The notes: a model not told the origin generated them from the letters alone. DNA of 63,967 nt, filler included, from Octopus bimaculoides (GCF_001194135.2; 5 parts of 5 records of this genome joined end to end with filler, not necessarily neighbours in it), one strand, 5' to 3'. Positions 12,290 through 26,449 are shown, numbered from the whole stretch's first letter. Translations and numbers: made by a program.

Positions 12290-13115
12290 TATTTCTGCTA
12301 AAACCAACACCTCCTCCACCAACATCACCATCAAAACCAAAACCAAAACCAAAACCGCCAATAGCAGTACCTACAACGATGCTATCAGCATTACGATCGC
12401 CACTTATAAGAGCAGCAGAAACAACAACTGCAACAGCAGCAGCAGCAGCAACAACAACAACAATAATGGATGATCCACTACATGGTTGATCGATCTACTA
12501 GAAATAACAGCCAAATTTCTTTCAAATCAAATACTACTCCCTTAAATATAGATCAACTATATTAGCTAAGGTATTCCCACTGAACCGAAAACGACGTGAT
12601 GGTTACGGATGGATAGCCTTGGGCTACAGGTTTGCTCTATCATGGGTGACTTAGAGCTAAAGACCAACAGCATCGACTCTGGCAACAGACCACCACCTTC
12701 ACTACCACCACCACGTCCACCACCTCCACTACCACCATTTACAACAACACCATTAACATTATAAATATCACCAATTACACCTCTATCTAAACCACCACCA
12801 CCACCACCATCTACAACAACAACAACAGCAAGATAAAAACACGCCCACTGATAACATTGCCAACACCTTTCTCATCACCAGGACAACAGGCACCAACACC
12901 ATTAATAGCAGGAACACCACCAAACACGAACATTACCAATATCACCAACACCGCCATCGCTATCATCCCCATCACCATCACGGAGACCGCATCTATCATC
13001 AACAATACCACTACCACCATCAACATCACCACCACCACCACAACCACCACCACGATCACCACCACCACAACCACCAACACAACACCATTACCACCACCAC
13101 CACCACCACCACCAC
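12290..13115. repeat. Cryptically simple (ACC/AAC/CAT)-rich low-complexity region
   Basis: Degenerate trinucleotide runs; gives spurious Thr/Pro-rich and Val-rich ORFs. Confidence 0.8.
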
Positions 13116-13629
13116 CTTGCTCATTTCTCTCTCTGTCACATTGTAATTCTATGATGCATCAGTTCTGTCAGAAGACAAATAAGCGGTGCCAGTCATTTCG
13201 TCATTGGTACCGCCAAAAACTATAAGAGTAATACAATCGCCTTGTGTGACGTCAGTCTTAAAACTGTTCATGTATTGGTTGTTGTTGCTGGAAGATCAAT
13301 CTTCAGCATGAACTCTTCCGGTTATGTGTTGACATTGTATGGCCATTTTCTTGCTAGTGGTGGTCATGGGAGAGGGTGATTGCAATAGTTTCGCGCGCGC
13401 CTGTGTGAATGTGTGTGTATGTATTCGTATAAACCAGTGTATATTTATAAAAATTTGTATAAATTTTGGGATTTTGTGTTCTCAGTGTATTGAATAACAT
13501 TCATTTCTTCTTCCTGAGCACGTATACACACGCATGTGCACGCACGTTTATGTGTGCACTTACATAAACGCACCCACCACTTACATACAGAGACGGGCGT
13601 GGTGCATAAATATATATCGATAGACAGAT

Positions 13630-13670
<41 letters not shown>

Positions 13671-13672
<2 letters not shown>

Positions 13673-13972
13673 CGCAATGGCCCAGTGGTTACGGCAGCGG
13701 ACTCGCGGTTTCGATTCCTAGACCGGGCGTTGTGAGTGTTTATTGAGCGAAAACACCTAAAGCTGCACGAGGCTCCGGCAGGGGGTGGTGGCGACCCCTG
13801 TTGTACTCTTTCGCCCCAACCTACTCTCACTCTTTCTTCCTGTTTATTGAGTAACGCTACGATGGACTGGTGTCCCGTTCAGCTGGGGGGAACACATACG
13901 CCAAAGAAACCGGAAGCCGGGCCCATGAACCTGGCTAGGCTTTAAAAGGGCGCATAAATAATAAATAATAAT
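13671..13972 (+). mobile_element. SINE family C, full length, single copy in window
   Basis: tRNA-like head with A box TGGCCCAGTGG and B box GGTTTCGATTCC; body with GATGGACTGGTGTCCCGTTCAG; (AATA)n tail. Confidence 0.75.
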
Positions 13973-13979
13973 ATATATA

Positions 13980-14010
13980 CGAGATCTGATCGATAAGTAT
14001 CCGGACTGTT
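13980..14010 (+). mobile_element. Solo mariner-like terminal repeat
   Basis: TA-CGAGATCTGATCGATAAGTATCCGGAC after a TA dinucleotide resembles mariner ends; partner TIR not found. Confidence 0.35.
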
Positions 14011-14255
14011 GCCATAATAACAGCTAAAGCACACAGAGTGAAGCAGCTTCGCAAAGATTGACCTTGAACTCCCTAATAGTGGTTTTGAACTTAGCTGTTC
14101 TTTCTAGCGTACAAGGAATCCTATGATGGATGCCTCTTATGTGTTTAAATGTACACTGTTTTTATATGAATAATATATAGTCTATGGACTAAATTTTTAC
14201 ACGCTTGGCCACTGGTAGTAGAAATTTTTAATATTTCTCACTACCCTTGATATTA

Positions 14256-14336
<81 letters not shown>

Positions 14337-14339
14337 TAC

Positions 14340-14463
14340 AAAGAATTTGGTTAGCTGGAGCTGTAGTAGAGGACACTTGCTGAAAGTGTTGCAGAGTGGA
14401 ACTGAAACCAAGACCACGTTGTTTGGAAGCAACCTTGTTAACCACACAGCCATTTCGGCACCT
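14340..14463 (-). mobile_element. SINE family A head fragment
   Basis: Reverse complement of the A head (AACCACACAGCC..GGAACTGAAACC..GACACTTG). Confidence 0.7.
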
Positions 14464-14942
14464 AATTTAATTTCAATATGTGTGAAAAGGAGATCGAGAA
14501 AAGGCTTCAACCTCACAACATCCAGTTGTCATCTCTCTTCTATAAGATCTTCACCTTGGGCTTCTATAAGAAATCGATATTGGTAATTAGTTTTCAATAT
14601 ATTTATCGCAGTAACAAACTGCTTCAATTTTGGATCATGAAACTGCTGCTTCGCATGGAAATCACCTGTGATGCCTCTGGGTACAACACTGAAATCTCAT
14701 AAACTATCGAATCACAGAGGAAATCAAAATAAATGATAATTCTGTTATTTTCTTTAAAAATGAAATTTCCTCGAATAAAGTGGATTCCCTTTTGAATCTA
14801 TCTCACAACAGTTTATGCTGATAATGCCCCAGGGAAAGACATAAGCTTCACGGGTTCCATTTTGACTGCGACTTCAAAATCTCTATTTTTTTTTACATAT
14901 GTAGTATAATTCAGGCAAACATGAACACGTGTATGTATATAA

Positions 14943-14981
<39 letters not shown>

Positions 14982-15659
14982 NNNNNNNNNNNNNNNNNNN
15001 NNNNNNNNNNNNNNNNNNNNNNNNNNNNNNNNNNNNNNNNNNNNNNNNNNNNNNNNNNNNNNNNNNNNNNNNNNNNNNNNNNNNNNNNNNNNNNNNNNNN
15101 NNNNNNNNNNNNNNNNNNNNNNNNNNNNNNNNNNNNNNNNNNNNNNNNNNNNNNNNNNNNNNNNNNNNNNNNNNNNNNNNNNNNNNNNNNNNNNNNNNNN
15201 NNNNNNNNNNNNNNNNNNNNNNNNNNNNNNNNNNNNNNNNNNNNNNNNNNNNNNNNNNNNNNNNNNNNNNNNNNNNNNNNNNNNNNNNNNNNNNNNNNNN
15301 NNNNNNNNNNNNNNNNNNNNNNNNNNNNNNNNNNNNNNNNNNNNNNNNNNNNNNNNNNNNNNNNNNNNNNNNNNNNNNNNNNNNNNNNNNNNNNNNNNNN
15401 NNNNNNNNNNNNNNNNNNNNNNNNNNNNNNNNNNNNNNNNNNNNNNNNNNNNNNNNNNNNNNNNNNNNNNNNNNNNNNNNNNNNNNNNNNNNNNNNNNNN
15501 NNNNNNNNNNNNNNNNNNNNNNNNNNNNNNNNNNNNNNNNNNNNNNNNNNNNNNNNNNNNNNNNNNNNNNNNNNNNNNNNNNNNNNNNNNNNNNNNNNNN
15601 NNNNNNNNNNNNNNNNNNNNNNNNNNNNNNNNNNNNNNNNNNNNNNNNNNNNNNNNNNN

Positions 15660-15745
<86 letters not shown>

Positions 15746-16272
15746 TGTGTGTGTGTATGTATGAATGTTTGTACGTATGTGTGAAATTTAATATATTCAA
15801 AAAATACATTTGTGAACTGTGAATTGAGACGCTTGCTTTCTAAACACATTGTATCGAGTCACACTTGTCCAAGGTACCATGCAGTGTGGTACTTAAGCCT
15901 CGGGCCGAACAAAGCACTGTGAGTGAATTTGGTAGGAGGAAACCTCAATCATGCGGTCGCGTGCTCAACACTTTAAACATAGAGCCAACTGCCTTCACAA
16001 GGATAAAATGACCTCGTGCAAACTGATATGAATTTATAGGACACCTCGAGTCTTAAAGCCTCGCTCAGTATTCTATGGGCAGAAAAAACCGTTTTCACAG
16101 GAGGATTGGAACACCCCGCCTCTAAAACTGATTTAGCTACACAAAAGTGCACAATGAGACGTGTGAGGTATAAATACTGCTTGAAGGCGGAGAGATAAAC
16201 TTTCAATTGAGTCTCAGATGTAAGTTACTGGATTTTTGGTGATGAGGTTTTGTGCCGCGACGTTATAATATT

Positions 16273-16483
16273 GTGGTGAGCTGGCAGAATCGTTAGGACG
16301 CCGGGCGAAATGCTTAGCGGTATTTCGTCTGTCTTTATGTTCAAATTCTGCCAAGTCGACTTTGCCCTTCATCCTTCCGGGGGGTTCGATAAATTAAGTA
16401 CCAGTTGCGTACTGGAGTCGATCTAATTGACTGGTCCCCTCCCTCAAAATTTCGGGCCTTGTGCCCAGAGTAGGAAAGAATAT
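16273..16483 (+). mobile_element. SINE family B (tail type B1)
   Basis: GAGCTGGCAGAATCGTTAG..GTTCAAATTC..GTCGACTTTGCC..GATAAATTAAGTACCAG..AAAATTTCGGGCCTTGTGCC. Confidence 0.85.
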
Positions 16484-17009
16484 TGTAGCTATGTAATCTA
16501 TTCATAAGCTGTCCGTTTAAATAGAAACGCTTTCTCAGATATATGTTATTTTCTCTCTCTCATCCCCCTCTCTCTCTCTCTCTTTCTATATATTAGTGGG
16601 TGAATATTAATGTATGTATATATGTACNNNNNNNNNNNNNNNNNNNNNNNNNNNNNNNNNNNNNNNNNNNNNNNNNNNNNNNNNNNNNNNNNNNNNNNNN
16701 NNNNNNNNNNNNNNNNNNNNNNNNNNNNNNNNNNNNNNNNNNNNNNNNNNNNNNNNNNNNNNNNNNNNNNNNNNNNNNNNNNNNNNNNNNNNNNNNNNNN
16801 NNNNNNNNNNNNNNNNNNNNNNNNNNNNNNNNNNNNNNNNNNNNNNNNNNNNNNNNNNNNNNNNNNNNNNNNNNNNNNNNNNNNNNNNNNNNNNNNNNNN
16901 NNNNNNNNNNNNNNNNNNNNNNNNNNNNNNNNNNNNNNNNNNNNNNNNNNNNNNNNNNNNNNNNNNNNNNNNNNNNNNNNNNNNNNNNNNNNNNNNNNNT
17001 ATATGTATG

Positions 17010-17048
<39 letters not shown>

Positions 17049-17049
17049 A

Positions 17050-17242
17050 TGTTTGTCCCCCCCAACATCGCTTGACAACCGATGCTGGTGTGTTTACGTC
17101 CCCGTAACTTAGCGGTTCGGCAAAAGAGACCGATAGAATAAGTACTAGGCTTACAAAGAATAAGTCGTGGGGTCGATTTGCTCGACTAAAAGGCGGTGCT
17201 CCAGCATGGCCACAGTCAAATGACTGAAACAAGTAAAAGAAA
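17050..17242 (+). mobile_element. SINE family A, 3' half (head probably in the preceding gap)
   Basis: Least diverged A tail; ends GGCGGTGCTCCAGCATGGCCACAGTCAAATGACTGAAACAAGTAAAAG. Confidence 0.85.
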
Positions 17243-17304
17243 AAGAGAGAACATAGACACAATCACATATATTCCAACAATCGATACAACTTACTCACAG
17301 GATA

Positions 17305-17346
<42 letters not shown>

Positions 17347-17853
17347 CAATAATATATATATATATATGTTGTATATATGCAAAAGTACATATGCGAAACG
17401 TCACCGTTCATTCTTATATATTCCTGTATGACATATAAACGGTCAATCACCTTTGAATATAACAAAATACAGAAAAAAATCGATGATATTGCAGTAGATC
17501 TTATCAGTGGATGGTCTGACGTAATTTGGCATGCTGACCTCTGGTCAATTTGCATTGCTATACATTAAGCCAAGAAACTAATTATCTACTTTTCATGCTG
17601 CTTCAAGTGACTCGACCATATGTACAGATGTTTAGACTGCCGGCTCACTTTTAATATTGCACAGCGTAACATCATATCACTTATTCTACTGTACATACGT
17701 TCATGTGTATGCGTGTACGTGTGGGGCCGGCGTTTATGTTTGGACTAATGCATATGAATATATACATAGATAAGCATATATATTCATATATATGCATATA
17801 TATGTGTGTATATATATGTATATATATATGATGTGAGCGTGTATATATATATA

Positions 17854-17898
<45 letters not shown>

Positions 17899-18079
17899 NN
17901 NNNNNNNNNNNNNNNNNNNNNNNNNNNNNNNNNNNNNNNNNNNNNNNNNNNNNNNNNNNNNNNNNNNNNNNNNNNNNNNNNNNNNNNNNNNNNNNNATGC
18001 ACACACACACACAAACATATCTAATATATTTAAATATATATAAATGTGTGTATAGCACACGCAGGTATATTTATATCTA

Positions 18080-18134
<55 letters not shown>

Positions 18135-20314
18135 AAGCATACATACGTATAGTTAGCATATTATGTATAATATATTGGTCAAAACGAACCGGAGGCAAGT
18201 ATTTAGTACAAATTAAAGAGTTATGGGAATTCATTTCTCTCCGCTGCTCTTCAGTATTTCCTCGCTTTGTGCCTTTCGTCAGAGAGCATGACGTGTCAAA
18301 ATAATCCGATGCGAGTGAAGTATAAGCTGGTCTCTGAATAGGTTATGAGTCAGCTTTAAACAAAGATAAGGAAGATATTTTTGATTGTAAATGAAATAGA
18401 TGAATTGAAGTAGAGGTACAAACTAAAATAACTAAATCCAAGTAATTAAAATATTTAAATTAAACCTTAATCGGCGGACATCATTAATTGATGTTTCATT
18501 AGAAAACAGCAACCGATGTTTCGAAAATTTTACACGGATACGGTGATCAGCAGTTGATACCTGAGTATCTTTTTCGTCAAGTGTACCTAAGCGTAAGCGG
18601 CCTTTATCGATGCCCTATCACAAATGAAAGGTTCATATAGCAATGATGAAGGTTTTCTTTTTCTGCGATTCCGTCACCATAATTGCCCACGAGTATATGA
18701 GCGTTCAATAATCCCCCAGAATCTGTACGTAAGAATAAAAAAGGAAACTGGAATGTCTCCCCTACATAGTTACTCGATCATCTTCAAAATTTCCCTCCGA
18801 GGACATTCTACCGTCTTCAGAAACGAAGTAATGTAATCATAGACCTAAAAGAATGGTAGAGACTTTCAGTTGCAACAACACCTTTCAGCATATATTTCCT
18901 CTTATAGAACTGTCTTGAAGTCCATTAAGCCAGCGGGGATATGGATAGATTCCAATAAAATCATTATTTTCAATTATTTACATTATCGGTTCAATCGGTC
19001 CCTGCTTTTGCTGGGGAGGTCGGTGCCTAAACCGTGAAGATCTTTGTGCTCATTGGGCAGAGAGTGTGTATGGAATCTAGCCTATAAAATAACGGAAACA
19101 ACACTCACAGAGTGTGGTTCAGATGTTGAGTTATAATAAAAAAAAGTTACATTAAATTGAAAGATTATACAATACATGTCAATCATTCTTCAACAAAAAC
19201 AGTCTCGAAGCAGGTCGAAACTTTGAAGTCACTGTCACCATTATTCTTGTTAAGGGATAATGAAAATGTACACACACACACAGATACACACATGTCTCAC
19301 AGACACACATACACACACTTAGTGGCCTACGCGATCACACACTAAAGCACTCGGTTTATCTGTCCATTTTACATTCATAAACGTACACATACACACGCAC
19401 GCACACACAAACACACTCACATACACGCACGCTCATACACTGTCTCTACAGAATCTGATCAAATTCTCAAGAATTACTTTCAGAAAGTATGTAGTGCCAC
19501 AGAGAAGCTTCTTCTCTTGCCGTATTTGTTTACCACTATTTCAGATTTTCTATGGAAATGTCTAGAAACGTTGGATTACTACTGGAGCAATATTCGGAAA
19601 ATTCATTAAACTTGTATTAGATTTTTCGCGGGGTCTGTTTTAATGCTTTCTGCAATTAATTAATTATTCATATTCATTTGTTTGTTTATGCGTGTATGCG
19701 TCCGTACATGTTACATGTATGTATGTGTATATGTGTGTGCTATGGTTCTCGCTGTGTGTGTGTGTGTGTTTATGTTTGTGTATGTATGTTTATGTTTGTA
19801 ATATTTTGTAATTGTTGGTAATGTCGCATGTTTGTGTAAGTATATGCGCAATGTGTAAAATGTTCGCTCGTTCGTGTGTATGTGTGATTTCCCTTCTTAA
19901 TTTTCTTATTAGAATTATTATTATAACAACGATGACAATGCTGATAATGACGGTGGTAATGATGATGATGATGACAACAACAACAACAACGACAATAATG
20001 TAATGTTATTGCAAATATTTTGTTGCGAAATGAAGTCACTTCTTTGTTTAATTTGTATTCTTATAAACGTCGTTGAAAGCTTGGTCGTTCTCGTCATGTC
20101 CGGCATCATCATCGTCGTCGTCATCATCATCATCATCATCATCATCATCGTCATCATCATCATCATCATCACCATCATCATCATTCTTGTATCTTCACGG
20201 CGCCATCCGTCTTCTTCCGCTAGTTTCCCGTCCCATTTATTATTATTATTATTATCATCATTATTATTATTATTATTATCATCATTATTATTATTATCAT
20301 CATTATTATTATTA

Positions 20315-20378
<64 letters not shown>

Positions 20379-20739
20379 CATTATTATTATTATTATCATA
20401 CTCATAATTACCGTCGTCGTTGCCGCTTATAATAACGCTGCCAACTTTTGAAGAATCGCTTCTTTCCTCATACTTTTAACGTTCTATGATGATGCTGCTG
20501 TTAATGATGGTGACGATGAGCATGTGAGGAGGAAGAGGACGAGGCTAGGAGGAGGTTGACGATCATCATCAGCTTGAACAACTTCAGTAGTTATAACAAC
20601 CATTTCGATTCTTATTCTGTTGAGTCGAAATAACAGCGGCAAATATTTCATTTTCATCTAGCTTTGTGCACACATGTGGCATTTGCGTTTATGGAAATGT
20701 ATGTATGCATGTATGTATGTGTGTCTTTTTATTATGTAT

Positions 20740-21146
20740 ATAGGAAATTTGTGGGTGTTAAGCATATCCTATGGACATGAATGTCTTTCTTGAGGCCTGC
20801 TGGTGCCTTGCAAACCTTTTGGCAAATGGAACAAGTTGAGGACTCAGTTTGCTTGGGTGCTTGTGGATCATTTACTACATGGTTTCATGAGTGGACGGCA
20901 AGGCCTGCTTTGCTTTCTGCCACAAAGCCACTAAGACAGGTACGGTTTCCATTTACAGGAGCAGCATTTTGCTAGCGTGCCTTCATGTTTGCACGAAGTT
21001 GGCCCCAATGTTGGAGTCAACTTTGCTCAAATCTTTGAACTGAAGAGAAGCAGGACTGGCACCAGGTCCTGCGTTCTGATACTTTGTTATCGCAGGCAGA
21101 AAAGGAAGTATTGTATTGCTTCAGATTGTCTTTCAGTTTGTCTTCG
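20740..21146 (-). mobile_element. 5'-truncated RTE-like LINE 3' end (pseudogenised ORF C-terminus)
   Basis: Minus frame EDKLKDNLKQ..ERRTWCQSCFSSVQRFEQS*..KAGLAVHS*..CSICQKVCKAPAGLKKDIHVH matches RTE post-RT motifs plus C-terminal zinc fingers, with stops. Confidence 0.7.
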
Positions 21147-21248
21147 GCTCGAAACGTAAAAGACTTTCTCACTTCCCGAGCGTTAAACTAATACATCTGT
21201 TTGTTGTTTACACACCCGTCTTCGTCTTTTGTTTTTTTTTGTAAATTC

Positions 21249-21252
<4 letters not shown>
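21147..21252 (+). mobile_element. Penelope-like terminal fragment (hammerhead 3' half only)
   Basis: GGCTC-GAAACGTA-AAAGAC followed by a T-rich tail; similar to 4961-5045. Confidence 0.4.
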
Positions 21253-21294
<42 letters not shown>

Positions 21295-21297
21295 TAC

Positions 21298-21359
<62 letters not shown>

Positions 21360-21782
21360 GTATATGGGGGTGGGGACTGATATTCCAGCCAAGCAAGTGT
21401 AATGAAATATATACTTGCATACAAATACGTGTGTATACTCAAGCACACACCATCTGCCTATCCTTGGACGGACAAAATGTCTTTTCCCCTTTCTGTTATC
21501 ACTGTTTAGTCTTGGACAGCTGATGGTGTCCTGTTGGAGTTTTCGATCTAGCGCTATTGTCCTGTTGATGTTTCAAAGAATGTTTCTATTGTTGGACTGG
21601 GATTTAGAATTAGTTCAAGAGTTTGACAATTTTAGCTAAGACAAAGATTTTTTTCCTTATTACTTATATATATATATATATATATATATACGTATGTGTG
21701 TGTGAGTGAGTGTGAGTATGTGTGTGCATGCATATATGCATGTATATGTGCATATATATGTATCTATATATATCATATATAT

Positions 21783-21839
<57 letters not shown>

Positions 21840-22064
21840 ATACATATGAACATACCTATGCATATTTATTTTTTTTTAAACAAGAATGGTATCGACAGTG
21901 ACTTCAAAATTTTGACCAGCTAACTCATCGTCGGACTGGCCGAAACTTCGAAGTCACTGTCAGTAATATTCTTGTTTAAGAAAATAAACTTGTACCCCAG
22001 AAAAGTATAGTGTAACTCTGCTGCTTAATGGAAAATTGTTTTCATTATGACTGTAAAAACAAAC

Positions 22065-22098
<34 letters not shown>

Positions 22099-22621
22099 AT
22101 ATTCTATCGCTGTTTATTTATCTGACTGTATATCTCCACTCTCTTAGATCAAGTTCTCACAACTTATTCTTCATGCGTTAGACCCATTCACTTCAACCCA
22201 AGTTATACGTAGATTAACTTTGGTAAAGATATATATAGCAGCATTTCTTACCACATCAATATCTATCTGTCTGTAAGAAGCGCTCTCTTTTACTCTTCCA
22301 ATCTACACTTCACACTGAATACTAAAGTTTTCGGTTATTATCTATTCATGAGGTATAAGCTCCCTACTCATTATTTTCTAAATATTTTTCATAAGATGGC
22401 TGTCCCTTCTGATTCGGCTCTGGCAGATTAGCTGCTTACGGTGATCTTTTATTACTTTCAAAATGATTACGATCGCACTGTATATTTTCAATCTTGGGAC
22501 ATAAATATTTTCCTTATTTTATCTCTCGCTTCTTCCCTTCTTCTTCTCTCATTCACCTCCCTTTATTCTTCTGCGTGTCTGTCATATTCTTTTCCCTGTC
22601 AGATCCTCACTCTGTCTCTCT

Positions 22622-22680
<59 letters not shown>

Positions 22681-22834
22681 CGCAGCCACATATATAATAT
22701 TTGCATATATTCATATACATATACACTTACACACACACACACACACACATATATAAATGCACACATGCAGACATATACATACACACATTAACATACACAC
22801 ACAAACACATACATATATATACGCATTAGCATTG

Positions 22835-23005
22835 ACGTGGCTGTGTGGTAAAGAAGCTTGCTTTGCAATCACGTGGTTTGGAGCTCAGTCCCGCTGCACG
22901 GCACTTTGGGATTGTCTCTTCTACTATAGCTCCGAGCCAACTAATATCGTGCGAGTACATTTGGTCGGCGGAGACTGTGTGGAAGCCCATCTTATATACA
23001 CATCA
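22835..23005 (+). mobile_element. SINE family A head (variant)
   Basis: GTGGCTGTGTGGTAAAGAAGCTTGCTT..GCTCAGTCCCGCTGC..CTTCTACTATAGC. Confidence 0.75.
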
Positions 23006-24310
23006 GTGCGTGTATATACCATTGTACCTCATCCAATCTTTACACGTGTCTCTGTCTCCTCTCTCTTTCTCTCTCTCTCTGTCGCCTGTCTCCTTCTCTC
23101 TCTGTCTCCCCCTCTCTCTCTATTTATGTGCTTATTAAACCCAACATCATCTTTTGCTCAATCTTTCATGCAACCACTCTCAGACTGAACTTTCGTCTCG
23201 CTTCTCTTCTCACCAACTCTCTCAAACAATCAATCAAACACAATGCAACTATGTGCTTACTCGATCTGCTAGAAAAAACAGTTAGTTTCTCTTCAAAACA
23301 TCCCCACCCCACATCTTCTCATCTTAAAATCTGTCGGTCGTATTGAGTAATAATAATCTTCATACACCATATTTCCCGGAAAAAAGGATTGGATGGTCAC
23401 ATTTGGATCACACATAACTTATTTTGTCCGCATGAGGACTGAGAAGCGGCTAAGTAACAAATGTCGGCCATTTTCTTAACTCCTCCCTAATCCTCACTGA
23501 TCTATAACAGCTTATAAATCCACGTCTAACCCCACCCCTCCATCCGACCATCGCACTCATACACATTCTCTCTTCTCTTTTCTTCCTTTTCTTTAACTTT
23601 CATTATTTCTCTCCTTTATGATTCTTTTCCTTCTCTCTTTTCTTTCTGACTTTATTTTACTTTCTCTCTACCCGCAAATCTCTCTCCCCTCTCTCTCTAG
23701 ATGTCTCTCTCTCTCATTGTCAGTGTCTTTGTCTTTCTTTATCCATCTTACTCTCTTATTCTTCCTCCATATCTCTCACTCTTTTCCTACCCCACTCTCT
23801 CTCTCTCACTCACTCACGCACCCACTCACTCACTCACTCACTCACTCACTCACTCACTCACTTACTCACTCTCTATATAGAAATAGAGAGAGAGGTAGAA
23901 AGAGAAATAGGAAGAGAGAGAGAGAAAAAGACGGAGAAAGAGATAGAAAGAAAGAGAAATTCACATTCATACCTTCACCCTCCTCCCCCTTTCTACTATA
24001 GTTCTGTAAACGTCCACATAATACTCTCCTCCAGCGCGGCACTGTCGGTTGGAAATGGTAGCAACATGTCTCTCAAATCATAATTTACAATTTTCGATAC
24101 AGAAATCTACAAAACGTACACCGGACAAGGTACATTCTGCAATGAAACAAGACTCACCTGTCTTCATCAAGACCACCCGGTCACCAGCTTTGAGGTTTTG
24201 TGTTTCCGCAAGAAATCGATTTTCTAACGACTGCAGATAGACTTGATAAACTGAAGAATATATTGATATCGTAGTCTTATCTATGGCGGCATTATTTTAG
24301 AGAGAACGAA

Positions 24311-24522
24311 GGTGCTGAGCTGGCAGTGTCGATAGCACACCGGACAGCTTAGTTGTATTTCAACACTCTTTATGTTCTGAGTTCAAATGCTGCCGAGGTC
24401 TCCTTTGCCTTTCTTTTTTTCGGGTTCGATGAAATAAATAACAAGTTGATCACTGGAGTCGATGTAATCGATTTACTCCCTCCCCAGATATTGCTGTCCT
24501 TGTGGCAAAATATGAAACTATT
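24311..24522 (+). mobile_element. SINE family B (diverged)
   Basis: GAGCTGGCAG..GTTCTGAGTTCAAAT..GCCGAGGTC..CTGGAGTCGATGTAATCGAT. Confidence 0.75.
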
Positions 24523-25905
24523 ATTTTAGGGAGAACGAGAGAGAGAGAGAGAGAGAGAGGGGTGGAGAAATAAGTAAGAAATAAAGAAACAAAGAGTGCA
24601 GTCATTTTGGTTTTGATTTGAAAGGAATTTAATCGGCCATTTTTATAGCTTCCAGCATTGGCGATGTTTTCAATATTTGCAACAGAACGGACACCGCTAA
24701 AACCTCTCAAGAGTTAAGCCGAGCAACGATCTAAATTGATTCTAGTACACGTCTTCATTCAACTCACCACAGAAACCTCTTTGAGTACACTTAATCTGTT
24801 ATAAAGAATAGCAAAATTCTCTTTAAACTACAATCCAGTGTCTTTATATAAAACAAGAAGGAGATGAAGCATTTATGTTGTATTGCCGGATATACAAAAT
24901 AAATGTGTTGGGAGGAATTCTTTGGGGTTTGAATAATTCAACTTTGGAAACATGGGTGTTTTGCTCAACATCCTTCAACAAACCCTATTTAGGGACCTTT
25001 TGAGCGGGTTGGGCTACTTGACCTGAAGAAAATTCTAACTGGGCCCCACCTGCGAGGTCGTGCGCTGTTTATCTTCATTAGAGATCACTATGTCGCGCAT
25101 ATATGGTTGTGATGCATGTGCTTGGTGTAACCTTATCAGACGGGTAGTATATTTTACCCCAGTGTCACTTTGATGGCATGCACTGCTCTCTCGCTCAATA
25201 ATAATAATAATAATAATAATAGTAATGATAATAACACCTTACTCAATTTTATATATATATATACATATCTCTCTACCTCTCTATATACACGTACATATGT
25301 AAGTATTTATATATATATANNNNNNNNNNNNNNNNNNNNNNNNNNNNNNNNNNNNNNNNNNNNNNNNNNNNNNNNNNNNNNNNNNNNNNNNNNNNNNNNN
25401 NNNNNNNNNNNNNNNNNNNNNNNNNNNNNNNNNNNNNNNNNNNNNNNNNNNNNNNNNNNNNNNNNNNNNNNNNNNNNNNNNNNNNNNNNNNNNNNNNNNN
25501 NNNNNNNNNNNNNNNNNNNNNNNNNNNNNNNNNNNNNNNNNNNNNNNNNNNNNNNNNNNNNNNNNNNNNNNNNNNNNNNNNNNNNNNNNNNNNNNNNNNN
25601 NNNNNNNNNNNNNNNNNNNNNNNNNNNNNNNNNNNNNNNNNNNNNNNNNNNNNNNNNNNNNNNNNNNNNNNNNNNNNNNNNNNNNNNNNNNNNNNNNNNN
25701 NNNNNNNNNNNNNNNNNNNNNNNNNNNNNNNNNNNNNNNNNNNNNNNNNNNNNNNNNNNNNNNNNNNNNNNNNNNNNNNNNNNNNNNNNNNNNNNNNNNN
25801 NNNNNNNNNNNNNNNNNNNNNNNNNNNNNNNNNNNNNNNNNNNNNNNNNNNNNNNNNNNNNNNNNNNNNNNNNNNNNNNNNNNNNNNNNNNNNNNNNNNN
25901 NNNNN

Positions 25906-25944
<39 letters not shown>

Positions 25945-26377
25945 TATATATATACACACACACACACATGCATACATATACGTACACAGACAAAAACACA
26001 CACAGTGTCCAATGTATCTTTGTATGATGATGGTGCAGTATGATTTGAAGGAGATCATGATGACTGCTATTTCTAGCCTTTCAAAAAGCCACGTAGAGAT
26101 CCCTTAGTGGTTTGTTGAGAATTGTTGCTAATATTAAAGGATGAAGCTGAAAATTGCATGATTGGAAGCCCGAAGTGTTTTCATACGCATAAAAAAAAAA
26201 AAGAAAAAATAAAGAAATGGAGAAAATATGATAAAATGGCTTCGGAAACCAAACACATCCTAGTTTTAAAACCTCCAACAAATAAAATGTCCCACTTGTT
26301 GACCTAACTCTAGATAAACACAACAAACAATTTTAGCTAGAAAAAAATACGAAGATATATATGTATGTATATGTATA

Positions 26378-26449
<72 letters not shown>

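Noticed and set aside
12857-13225. Thr/Pro-rich mucin-like ORF
   Set aside because: Explained by ACC-rich low complexity; no splice or domain support
18245-18288. Minus-strand hammerhead-like order with a 6-bp stem I and CTGACGA..GAAA
   Set aside because: Stem II barely pairs and there is no NUH cleavage triplet
21128-21165. GTCTTT/AAAGAC pairing that mimics a complete hammerhead stem I
   Set aside because: The 5' arm belongs to the RTE reading frame and CUGANGA is absent
24890-25225. Complex segment ending in (AAT)n, like a LINE 3' UTR
   Set aside because: No second copy or coding remnant in the window to support a family call
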